Below are positions 17,512-25,859 of a stretch of 64,000 nucleotides of DNA, piece after piece (within the stretch, counting starts at the first letter, position 1; every line of letters starts with the position of its first letter). This stretch comes from an uncultured bacterium (GTDB taxonomy: Bacteria; Fidelibacterota; Marinisomatia; Marinisomatales; AB-629-J13): NCBI GenBank assembly GCA_964489755.1, contig CAZBBE010000001.1, positions 356 to 64,355 on the forward strand, read 5' to 3'. The notes beneath the pieces are model-generated. The model searched no databases. It was not told the origin of the DNA and worked only from the letters and a program-made list of their open reading frames with translations. The position numbers and the translations under genes are program-made.

Positions 17512-18548
17512 TGGGAAAGATTGATTATAAATCAGCTGGTGTAGATATTGATGCAGGAAACGAGGTGGTAGATCGCATTAAACATAGGGTGCGGTCCACT
17601 TTTTCATCTAATGTGTTGACAGGTCTCGGAAGCTTTGGTTCGCTCTATGATCTTAAACCGGTACTAGAAACCTATAATAATCCGGTCATGGTGCAAAGTG
17701 TTGATGGTGTGGGAACCAAAACCATTATCGCAAGAAAATTGGGGAAATTTGATACAATTGGGTTTGATCTGTTGAGTGCCTGTGCCAACGATATTCTGGT
17801 TATGGGTGCCCGGCCCCTCACTTTTCTCGATTACATCGCAAACGATAAACTGAAACCAGAAATTGTTGAAGAGATTGTATCAGGCATGGTGATAGCTTGC
17901 AAAGAAACCGGAGTATCGCTTGTTGGTGGTGAAACAGCGGAAATGCCTGATACTTATCTTCCAGGAGAACATGATATAGTGGGTGTCATTACAGGTGTTG
18001 TGGAAAAGGACAAAATTGTCACCGGTGAATCCATCAAGCCCGGAGATGTGGTTCTGGGTTTGCCATCCAGCGGACTGCACACCAACGGTTACTCTCTTGC
18101 CCGTAAAATTTTCTTTGAAATCAACAGCTATGGTGTAAACGATACTATCCCGGGATTGGATAAATCGGTTGGGCTCACATTGCTGGAACCACATATTAAT
18201 TATACAAATCCTGTGTTTGCTGTTTTGGATGTAGGTATTGATGTAAGGGGAATTGTCCATATTACCGGCGGCGGTTTATTGGAAAACATTCCCAGAGTTT
18301 TACCTTGTGGTGTTGGTGTTGAAATCCAAAAAGGGTCTTGGCCTTCGCTTCCAGTGTGTGAAGTGATGCAGTCCATTGGTAACGTGGATGAAGAAGAAAT
18401 GTACCGCGCATTCAATATGGGCATCGGGATGGTGTTTATTGTTAATTCTTCTGATGTGAGTGCGGTAAAAAGTGCAATGAAATATTTGACTGAAGTTTAT
18501 GAAATTGGGGTGGTAGTAGGCAGTGATGGGGAAGTAATAATAAAATGA
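17511..18548 (+). CDS. purM: phosphoribosylformylglycinamidine cyclo-ligase (AIR synthase)
   Basis: MGKIDYKSAGVDIDAGN…, DGVGTK, GGETAEMP, HITGGG. ATG 17511 overlaps the purL stop (TAATG). The ORF-track start at 17481 lies inside purL. Confidence 0.95.
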   Translation: MGKIDYKSAGVDIDAGNEVVDRIKHRVRSTFSSNVLTGLGSFGSLYDLKPVLETYNNPVMVQSVDGVGTKTIIARKLGKFDTIGFDLLSACANDILVMGARPLTFLDYIANDKLKPEIVEEIVSGMVIACKETGVSLVGGETAEMPDTYLPGEHDIVGVITGVVEKDKIVTGESIKPGDVVLGLPSSGLHTNGYSLARKIFFEINSYGVNDTIPGLDKSVGLTLLEPHINYTNPVFAVLDVGIDVRGIVHITGGGLLENIPRVLPCGVGVEIQKGSWPSLPVCEVMQSIGNVDEEEMYRAFNMGIGMVFIVNSSDVSAVKSAMKYLTEVYEIGVVVGSDGEVIIK

Positions 18549-19804
18549 GTGCAAACATTGCAGTAATCCAATTCCCCGGTTCCAATACTGAACGGGAAAC
18601 TCTTATGGCATGCTACCGTGTGGGGTTAAGTCCCGTAGAATTTTTGTGGAACAAACCAACGGAAAAGCTCTCAGACTTTAACGGTTATGTGATCATTGGG
18701 GGATTTTCTTACGAAGACCGATCCCGAGCCGGTGTCATTGCGGCACTAGATCCTATCATGAAACAGATACGCTTGGAAGCAGAAAAAGGGAAACCGGTTT
18801 TGGGTATTTGTAACGGTGCACAAATTTTGGTGGAAAGCGGGCTTGTCCCGGGATTGGAAGACCACAGGCTGAGCATGGCTCTCACGGATAATAAGCGGGT
18901 GCAGGGTGGACATGTGGTAGGAGTTGGGTATTATAATGCTTGGTCCAACCTACAGATGTCAGCACCATCCAGCCGGTGTGCTTTCACTCGCCATTTAAAA
19001 ACCGGGGAGCGGATTAACGTCCCCCTGGCTCATGGAGAAGGGCGGTTTGTTATTCCTGATGGGTTACTATCACAAATGATAAATAATGATCAAACAGTTT
19101 TTATTTACTGCAATGATGATGGAAATATCATAGATGAATTTCCCACTAATCCCAATGGTTCTGTGTACAATTTGGCAGCAGTTTGTAATTCCTCTGGAAA
19201 CGTCATGGCTATAATGCCCCACCCTGAACGGACAGAAGGCGGTGACGTTATTTTTTCTTCCATGAAAGAATTTATCGAACAGGGAAATCCTATTACTGAT
19301 CATACGCTAATGTTTGATCGTCCCCATTATGAAGTGACTAATTACAAACCCAATGGGGATTCCACAGGGTGGGTCATCGACATGATTATTACGGATAATG
19401 AAGCGGCATCGGTTCATAATGCCCTGGGGCGCATGGGCTACAGCGTCAACGTCACACGGCAAGTCCATTGGGAAATTGAAACGAACGGAGATCGAGAATT
19501 TATTCTGCAAAAAATTAACGAAAGCGGAGAATTATACAATTCCAACAAGGAATTCCTCAGCAACATCACAGCAAAAGAAAACACCGCATCTTTCCTGGTG
19601 CGCCAAAAAGAAGATATGATCGGCCGAGCTAAGCTTGAATCCCTAACCGAGCGTTTCGAAATTAATGGAATTTCCAAACTTAAGCGTGGTGTCATATGGA
19701 ATATAACTGTGAATAGCAGTAATATTGACACTGTCATGAAAGCTATATTGAACACTCACATACTATTTAACCCACTCTCTCATGAATGTTATCGAATTAA
19801 CTGA
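18545..19804 (+). CDS. purQ: FGAM synthase glutaminase subunit PurQ fused to two tandem PurS-like domains
   Basis: aa 1-235 are PurQ (IAVIQFPGSNTERE, nucleophile GICNGAQIL, HGEGRF, MPHPER). aa ~275-337 and ~348-419 each align by eye to about 80-aa PurS (SVHNALGRMGY…VTRQVHWEIE…ELYNSNKEF and GRAKLESLTERF…KRGVIWNITV…ILFNPLSHECYRI, versus B. subtilis PurS AVQHALHSMTY…VRIGKYMELTIE…LLANTVIEDYRYEV). Confidence 0.85.
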   Translation: MSANIAVIQFPGSNTERETLMACYRVGLSPVEFLWNKPTEKLSDFNGYVIIGGFSYEDRSRAGVIAALDPIMKQIRLEAEKGKPVLGICNGAQILVESGLVPGLEDHRLSMALTDNKRVQGGHVVGVGYYNAWSNLQMSAPSSRCAFTRHLKTGERINVPLAHGEGRFVIPDGLLSQMINNDQTVFIYCNDDGNIIDEFPTNPNGSVYNLAAVCNSSGNVMAIMPHPERTEGGDVIFSSMKEFIEQGNPITDHTLMFDRPHYEVTNYKPNGDSTGWVIDMIITDNEAASVHNALGRMGYSVNVTRQVHWEIETNGDREFILQKINESGELYNSNKEFLSNITAKENTASFLVRQKEDMIGRAKLESLTERFEINGISKLKRGVIWNITVNSSNIDTVMKAILNTHILFNPLSHECYRIN

Positions 19805-20768
19805 ACACTATACAGACCGAATCAAGGCGGGGTTGGGCAACACGTTAACTGAAACTGCTTTGCCTTACGGAGAAAAGCTGACCGGGAAGGTTCGAGACCA
19901 ATATGATTTGGGAGACAAAATAGCGCTCATTACCACGGATCGCCAGAGCGCTTTTGACCGGGTTCTTGCATCAATCCCATTTAAGGGGCAGGTTCTGAAT
20001 CAGACTAGCGCCTGGTGGTTCGAACAGACTAAAAATATTATTCAGAACCATGTTATTGATGTTACTGACCCTAATGTAACACTTGCAAAAAAATGTGACG
20101 TTTTTCCCATTGAGTTTGTGGTCCGGGGCTACATCACAGGCAGTACCAGTACAGCTTTGTGGACTGTCTATAATAATGGAGATAGAGAATATTGCGGGAA
20201 CATCCTTCCAGAAGGGTTAGTGAAAAATCAAAAGCTGGATACCACCATGCTCACCCCTACCACTAAGAATGAAACACATGACCACCCCATCGCACCGGAT
20301 GAAATTACAAATAAGGGTTGGATGACCCGGGAAGACTGGAACTTTTGCAGCAAAAAAGCTCTGGAACTTTTTTCTTTCGGGCAAAAAAAGGCAGCCGAGC
20401 ACGGGTTGGTTCTTGTGGACACAAAATATGAAATGGGTAGGGACCCGGATGGTAATATCATTCTCATTGATGAAATCCATACTCCGGATTCCAGCCGTTA
20501 CTGGATCGCTAAAACATACAAAGAGCGCATGGCCGCAGGACATGAACCTCAAAATATTGACAAGGAATTCTTACGGCTGTGGTTTGTGGACAACTGTGAT
20601 CCGTACAATGACACAACGCTGCCGGAAGCACCGGTAGAGTTGGTGATCAAACTTTCCAGCCGTTATATTTATTTATATGAAACCATTACCGGCAATCAGT
20701 TTTTATTTCACGATTCAGAAAAATCTGTTCAGGAAAGAATTAACAAAAACATGAAGGGTTATTTATGA
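19782..20768 (+). CDS. purC: phosphoribosylaminoimidazole-succinocarboxamide (SAICAR) synthase, long form
   Basis: GKVRDQYDLGDKIALITTDRQSAFDRVL, EFVVRGYITGS, LVDTKYEMG, IDEIHTPDSSRYW. 328 aa (Ade1-like long type). 23-nt overlap with purQ. Confidence 0.93.
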   Translation: MNVIELTEHYTDRIKAGLGNTLTETALPYGEKLTGKVRDQYDLGDKIALITTDRQSAFDRVLASIPFKGQVLNQTSAWWFEQTKNIIQNHVIDVTDPNVTLAKKCDVFPIEFVVRGYITGSTSTALWTVYNNGDREYCGNILPEGLVKNQKLDTTMLTPTTKNETHDHPIAPDEITNKGWMTREDWNFCSKKALELFSFGQKKAAEHGLVLVDTKYEMGRDPDGNIILIDEIHTPDSSRYWIAKTYKERMAAGHEPQNIDKEFLRLWFVDNCDPYNDTTLPEAPVELVIKLSSRYIYLYETITGNQFLFHDSEKSVQERINKNMKGYL

Positions 20769-21151
20769 AAACTGTAATTATTATGGGCTCAAAATCAGAC
20801 CACCCTCACGCAAAAAAAATTACTAACAAGTTAGATGAATACGGCGTTGCCTGGGAACAGCACACCGCATCCGCTCACAAGCAACCCTTGAAAGTTCTGG
20901 ACATCCTAAATGACAACAAAGATAGTAAAAACATTGTCTATATCACCATCGCTGGCCGATCCAATGCCCTGTCTGGATTTGTTGCGGCCAACTGTGAATT
21001 CCCAACGATTGGGTGCCCACCTTTTGCAGACAAAACAGACCTGTTGGTAAATATTCATTCTACGCTGCAAATGCCCAGTAATACACCGGTACTCACAGTC
21101 ATTGATCCTGAAAACTGCGCATTAGCTGTTAAGAGAATGCTCGGTGCGTAG
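20765..21151 (+). CDS. purE: 5-(carboxyamino)imidazole ribonucleotide enzyme PurE with class II (AIR carboxylase, PAICS-like) loop signatures
   Basis: IIMGSKSD, SAHKQP (class I has SAHRTP), IAGRSNALSGFVAANCEFPTIGCPP (class I has AGGAAHLPG…VIGVPV; human PAICS has [24 protein letters not shown]). Short, 128 aa. Confidence 0.85.
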   Translation: MKTVIIMGSKSDHPHAKKITNKLDEYGVAWEQHTASAHKQPLKVLDILNDNKDSKNIVYITIAGRSNALSGFVAANCEFPTIGCPPFADKTDLLVNIHSTLQMPSNTPVLTVIDPENCALAVKRMLGA

Positions 21152-22493
21152 TCCATTAAATAACATTACCCCATTGGATGGCCGTTACTCAAGTAGCGTA
21201 AGGGGATTAACTGCCTTTTTTTCTGAATCAGCGCTCATGCGCTATCGCCTGAAAGTAGAAATTGAATATCTTATCGCGCTGGGTAACGAAAAACGAGTTC
21301 AAGAGTTAGCGCCTTTTTCGAACAAAGAGCAGGTGCGCCTTAAAAAAATCTACAAGAACTTTAATTCGGCCGACGCTGAAAACGTGAAAGAGATTGAGTT
21401 AACAACAAATCATGATGTGAAAGCCATTGAGTATTATATCCAAAGCAAAGTGAAAAAAGCATTACATCCGTGGATTCATTTTGCGCTCACCTCAGAAGAT
21501 GTGAACAATCTTTCATATTCACTCATGTGGCGGGATGGACTAAGACAGGTTTACATGAGGTCCCTTCAAAATGTAAATAAAGAATTAAAGAAACTGGCCC
21601 GGAAGTATAAAAATTCGTCCATGCTTGCTTTGACGCATGGCCAGCCCGCAACTCCAACCACGCTTGGAAAAGAATTAGCTGTTTTCTGCCATCGGCTTGA
21701 CCGCCAAATTGACCAGATGGGGTCACATATATTATTGGGGAAATTTGGCGGTGCGACAGGTACTTGGTCTGCTCATATGGTTGCTTATCCAAAAGTAAAT
21801 TGGATGCGTTTTGTAGAAAAATTTATTAAAGCACTTGGTCTTAAACCTAACCTTATCACATCACAAATTGAACCTCACGATTCCGCTGTTGAAAGCTATC
21901 ATCAGGTTATTCGTGTGAATTCTATATTGATGGACCTTTGCCAAGATATGTGGTTTTACATCAGTCGTGATGTTCTTGGGCAAAAGAAAAAGGAGGGAGA
22001 GGTGGGCTCATCCACTATGCCCCATAAAATCAACCCAATTCAGTTTGAAAATGCGGAGGGGAATCTGGGTGTGGCAAATTCATTGTTAAACCATCTTTCT
22101 GCCAAGCTTCCAATTTCTAGACTGCAGCGAGACTTGACTGACAGCACCACGGTTCGCAACCAGGGGGTTGCCTTGGGGCACAGCACTTTAGCGCTGAAAA
22201 ATATTTTGAATGGTCTTAGTCGCATCTCCATTAATAAATCTCAATTATCAGCCGAACTGAATCAACACTGGGAAGTATTGGCGGAGGCAGTTCAGACCGT
22301 TCTCCGAAAAACTGGAAAGCAGGATGCATATGAGGGAGTGAAGACGCTAACTCAAGGTCAGAAGGTTGATTCTGATTCAATAAAACAATTTGTGTCCCAA
22401 TTAACAATTAACGATAACGATAAACAGACGTTGCTTAAGCTGACACCGGCCGACTACACCGGGCTTGCCCCAAGACTCGTGGAGATGATCTAA
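21144..22493 (+). CDS. purB: adenylosuccinate lyase
   Basis: PLDGRYSS…, HFALTSEDVNN, THGQPATPTTLGKE, GSSTMPHKINP signature. GTG start overlapping the purE end. Confidence 0.95.
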   Translation: MRSPLNNITPLDGRYSSSVRGLTAFFSESALMRYRLKVEIEYLIALGNEKRVQELAPFSNKEQVRLKKIYKNFNSADAENVKEIELTTNHDVKAIEYYIQSKVKKALHPWIHFALTSEDVNNLSYSLMWRDGLRQVYMRSLQNVNKELKKLARKYKNSSMLALTHGQPATPTTLGKELAVFCHRLDRQIDQMGSHILLGKFGGATGTWSAHMVAYPKVNWMRFVEKFIKALGLKPNLITSQIEPHDSAVESYHQVIRVNSILMDLCQDMWFYISRDVLGQKKKEGEVGSSTMPHKINPIQFENAEGNLGVANSLLNHLSAKLPISRLQRDLTDSTTVRNQGVALGHSTLALKNILNGLSRISINKSQLSAELNQHWEVLAEAVQTVLRKTGKQDAYEGVKTLTQGQKVDSDSIKQFVSQLTINDNDKQTLLKLTPADYTGLAPRLVEMI

Positions 22494-23974
22494 TGTGTGG
22501 TGTTGTTGGTATCTTATCTACAAAAAAGCAGATAGCGGGAGAACTTTATGAGAGTCTCATTCACCTTCAACATCGTGGGCAAGATGCAGCCGGAATTATG
22601 ACTTACAATGAACGGTTCCACGTAAAGAAGGGTACTGGACTTGTCCGTGACGTTTTTGATGAACAAAACATGGCACGTCTTCAGGGAAAAATTGGAATTG
22701 GGCACACTCGATATCCTACCGTAGGAGGTTTCAGTATTGAAGAAGCCCAACCGGTTCTGACAAGTGTGCCTTACGGAATCGCAATGGCACACAATGGTAA
22801 CTTAGTGAATTATTCCGAATTGGCTCGGGAGGTGTCTCAAGAAAATCATCGCCATATAAATTCATCTGTGGATATTGAGGTCATCCTTCATGTTTTTGGT
22901 CATGCCCTAGATCATCCTGTAGGTAATACTGCTGAGCTTTCTTTCTTTGATCAAATTTGCCAAGGCGTAGAAGCTGTGTTTAATCGCGTGAGTGGAGCTT
23001 ATTCTGTTGTTGGTATTATTATGAATAAGGGGATGGTTGTTTTTAGAGACCCGCACGGTATTCGTCCTCTAACAAAGGGAATAAGGAAAAACGAAGATGG
23101 TTCAATTGATTATATTTTCGCTTCCGAGACTACTATGTTTTACACTTTAGGGTTTGAACCGTCTGGAAACGTATTGCCGGGAGAGGTTATTTATATCGAT
23201 GAAAGCGGTGCCTATAACAGAAAAATTATCCTAAAAGAAAAGTTCACTCCCTGTATCTTTGAGTATGTTTATTTCTCCCGTCCTGATTCTATACAAAATG
23301 AAGTGAGCGTATACCGGTCTCGTTTACGTATGGGGCAAAATCTTGCCCGCCGGTGGCAGAAACAATACCCAAAAATTGTCCCAGATATTGTCATCCCTGC
23401 CCCCTCTACTGCCAACACCGCTGCTTTAAGTTTTGCTAATGAGCTTGGTGTTCGCTATTCCGAGGGTTTATATAAAAACCCGTTCATAGGAAGAACTTTT
23501 ATCATGCCTGGACAGGAAAATCGGAAGCGGTCTGTGCGCTACAAGCTTGTACCACAGGAATTCGAGATACGTAACAAAAATGTTTTAATTGTTGACGATA
23601 GTATTGTTCGAGGAAACACAAGTAGAGAGATTGTAAGGATGATAAGGGAGTTTGGGGCAAGAAAAGTGTATTTCGTATCTGCCTGTCCTCCAGTGAAATA
23701 TCCGTGCTATTACGGTGTTGATATGCCAACAAGGGAAGAGCTGGCTGCTGCCCAAAGTACAACCGAAGAAATTCAGAATCAGATGGGGGTGGATATCCTT
23801 ATGTATCAGAAAATTGAAGATTTAGTGGAGGCGGTGACACGGAAGGGGGAACACAATATAAATCGTCCCTGCATGGCGTGTTTGGATGGCTGGTATGTAA
23901 CCGGAGATGTTAATGAGAAAAAAATAGACAGTCTGGAGAAACAACGAAAAAGGGAAAGATCTCATTTAATATGA
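22493..23974 (+). CDS. purF: amidophosphoribosyltransferase
   Basis: MCGVVGI (N-terminal Cys nucleophile), HRGQDAAGI, HTRYPT, AHNGNL, PRT motif VLIVDDSIVRGNT. Confidence 0.95.
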   Translation: MCGVVGILSTKKQIAGELYESLIHLQHRGQDAAGIMTYNERFHVKKGTGLVRDVFDEQNMARLQGKIGIGHTRYPTVGGFSIEEAQPVLTSVPYGIAMAHNGNLVNYSELAREVSQENHRHINSSVDIEVILHVFGHALDHPVGNTAELSFFDQICQGVEAVFNRVSGAYSVVGIIMNKGMVVFRDPHGIRPLTKGIRKNEDGSIDYIFASETTMFYTLGFEPSGNVLPGEVIYIDESGAYNRKIILKEKFTPCIFEYVYFSRPDSIQNEVSVYRSRLRMGQNLARRWQKQYPKIVPDIVIPAPSTANTAALSFANELGVRYSEGLYKNPFIGRTFIMPGQENRKRSVRYKLVPQEFEIRNKNVLIVDDSIVRGNTSREIVRMIREFGARKVYFVSACPPVKYPCYYGVDMPTREELAAAQSTTEEIQNQMGVDILMYQKIEDLVEAVTRKGEHNINRPCMACLDGWYVTGDVNEKKIDSLEKQRKRERSHLI

Positions 23975-25278
23975 ATATTTTATTAATCGGGTCTGGGGCA
24001 AGAGAACATGCTATTGCAAGAGCATTGGAACGATCACCTAAAAAAAAAAGAATAAACTGCCTTGCGTCCAGTGTGAACCCCGGGCTGATTAAGCTCTGCT
24101 CTGAAATTAAAATTGGAAATATAAACGACCCAAAATCTGTCTCTCGCTACGCTAAAGAACATAGTATAAGATTGGCTATTATTGGTCCTGAAAATCCACT
24201 GGCCAATGGTGTCGCTGATGCCCTTTGGGATGAAGGGGTAAAGGTGGTCGGTCCTAAAAAAGAACTGGCCCAAATCGAAACATCTAAGTCCTTTACTCGT
24301 GATCTGCTTGTTGAATACAAAATCCCTGGTTGTCCAAATTATCGAACATTTTCATCCATGAATGGTGTTGTCAGCTTCTTAAATGAATTGGGTGAAAATT
24401 ATGTAGTAAAATATGATGGTCTAGCCGGTGGAAAGGGTGTGAGAGTGGCTGGTGATCATCTTCATTCACAAGACGATGCGCTGTCCTATTGCCAGAAGCT
24501 TATAAGTCGGGGTGATGAATTTGTCATTGAAGAAAAGCTTTTCGGACAGGAGTTCTCCCTTATGAGTTTTTGTGATGGGAGCACTCTAAAACATATGCCA
24601 GCAGTACAAGACCATAAACGAGCCTACGAAGGTGACACTGGTCCAAACACAGGCGGTATGGGAACCTATTCTGATACCAATCATTCTCTTCCTTTTTTAA
24701 ATGATAACGACATTGCCAAGGCCCGCGATATTAACACCTCAACAGTGAGAGCATTAAAAGATAAGTTTGGTGCAGGGTATAAGGGTGTTCTTTACGGCGG
24801 GTTTATAGCCACAGCCAAAGGGATAAAGCTCATTGAATATAATGCTCGGTTCGGCGACCCGGAAGCAATGAACGTTTTGCCGTTGCTTGAATCAGACTTT
24901 GTTGAAATATGCAATGGTGTTGCCAGTGGGACGCTAGAAAATGTTGATGTAAAATTCCAACACAAAGCGACGGTCTGTAAATATGCCGTGCCAGAAGGGT
25001 ATCCCGACCGTCCAACGAAAGGTAGCCCCATTGATGTGTCCAGCATTGAAAATCCAGATAGTCTTTTTTATGCATCTGTAGACATTCAAAACGGTCAACT
25101 GGTGGAAGCTGGAAGCCGCACTGTAGCTGTAGTGGGCATAGCGGACTCTATTTCTGAAGCAGAAGTCATCGCTGAAAAAGAAATATCATCCGTGACCGGT
25201 CCACTCTTTCACCGTACCGATATTGGCACAGATAAGGTCGTTCAGAAGCGCGTTGACCATATGAATTCTTTGAGATGA
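23971..25278 (+). CDS. purD: phosphoribosylamine--glycine ligase
   Basis: MNILLIGSGAREHAIA, GPENPL, ATP-grasp core VVKYDGLAGGKGV, EYNARFGDPE. Confidence 0.95.
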   Translation: MNILLIGSGAREHAIARALERSPKKKRINCLASSVNPGLIKLCSEIKIGNINDPKSVSRYAKEHSIRLAIIGPENPLANGVADALWDEGVKVVGPKKELAQIETSKSFTRDLLVEYKIPGCPNYRTFSSMNGVVSFLNELGENYVVKYDGLAGGKGVRVAGDHLHSQDDALSYCQKLISRGDEFVIEEKLFGQEFSLMSFCDGSTLKHMPAVQDHKRAYEGDTGPNTGGMGTYSDTNHSLPFLNDNDIAKARDINTSTVRALKDKFGAGYKGVLYGGFIATAKGIKLIEYNARFGDPEAMNVLPLLESDFVEICNGVASGTLENVDVKFQHKATVCKYAVPEGYPDRPTKGSPIDVSSIENPDSLFYASVDIQNGQLVEAGSRTVAVVGIADSISEAEVIAEKEISSVTGPLFHRTDIGTDKVVQKRVDHMNSLR

Positions 25279-25859
25279 TAAAATTGGGTGTCTTGGGGTC
25301 CACAAAAGGCACAGATCTTCAGGCAATTTTAGATGCCATAAAAGGAGGTGATTTAGATGCTGCGGTTTCCGTGGTGATTTCTAACCAAGAATCTGCTTAC
25401 ATTTTACACAGAGCCAGAAACCACAACATACCAACAGTGTTTATTTCACACACAGGCAAAGATAGGAAAGAGTTCGATGGTAAAATGACATCTGTTTTAA
25501 AAGAACACGGGGTGGATCTTGTTTTACTTATAGGCTTTATGCGGATACTTTCACCTGAATTCTGTCGAAAATGGCATGGTCAAGTCTTAAATGTGCACCC
25601 ATCCCTTCTACCCAAGTACGCCGGTGGCGTGGATACAAATATTCACAAAGAGGTGTTAATGAATGGTGATGCTAAAACGGGTTGTACGATTCATTTTGTT
25701 ACGGAAGAGGTGGATGGGGGACCTATTTTAATTCAGAAAACATGTTCAGTGGATTCGAACGACACAGTTGATTCACTTAAAACAAAGGTTCAAGACATAG
25801 AGGGTGTTGCCTTTGTTGAGGCGATAAAATTAATTCAAAATAATTCACGTGTTACATAA
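25275..25859 (+). CDS. purN: phosphoribosylglycinamide formyltransferase
   Basis: VISNQESAY, GFMRILSPEF, NVHPSLLPKYAG, HFVTEEVDGGPI. Confidence 0.93.
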   Translation: MIKLGVLGSTKGTDLQAILDAIKGGDLDAAVSVVISNQESAYILHRARNHNIPTVFISHTGKDRKEFDGKMTSVLKEHGVDLVLLIGFMRILSPEFCRKWHGQVLNVHPSLLPKYAGGVDTNIHKEVLMNGDAKTGCTIHFVTEEVDGGPILIQKTCSVDSNDTVDSLKTKVQDIEGVAFVEAIKLIQNNSRVT

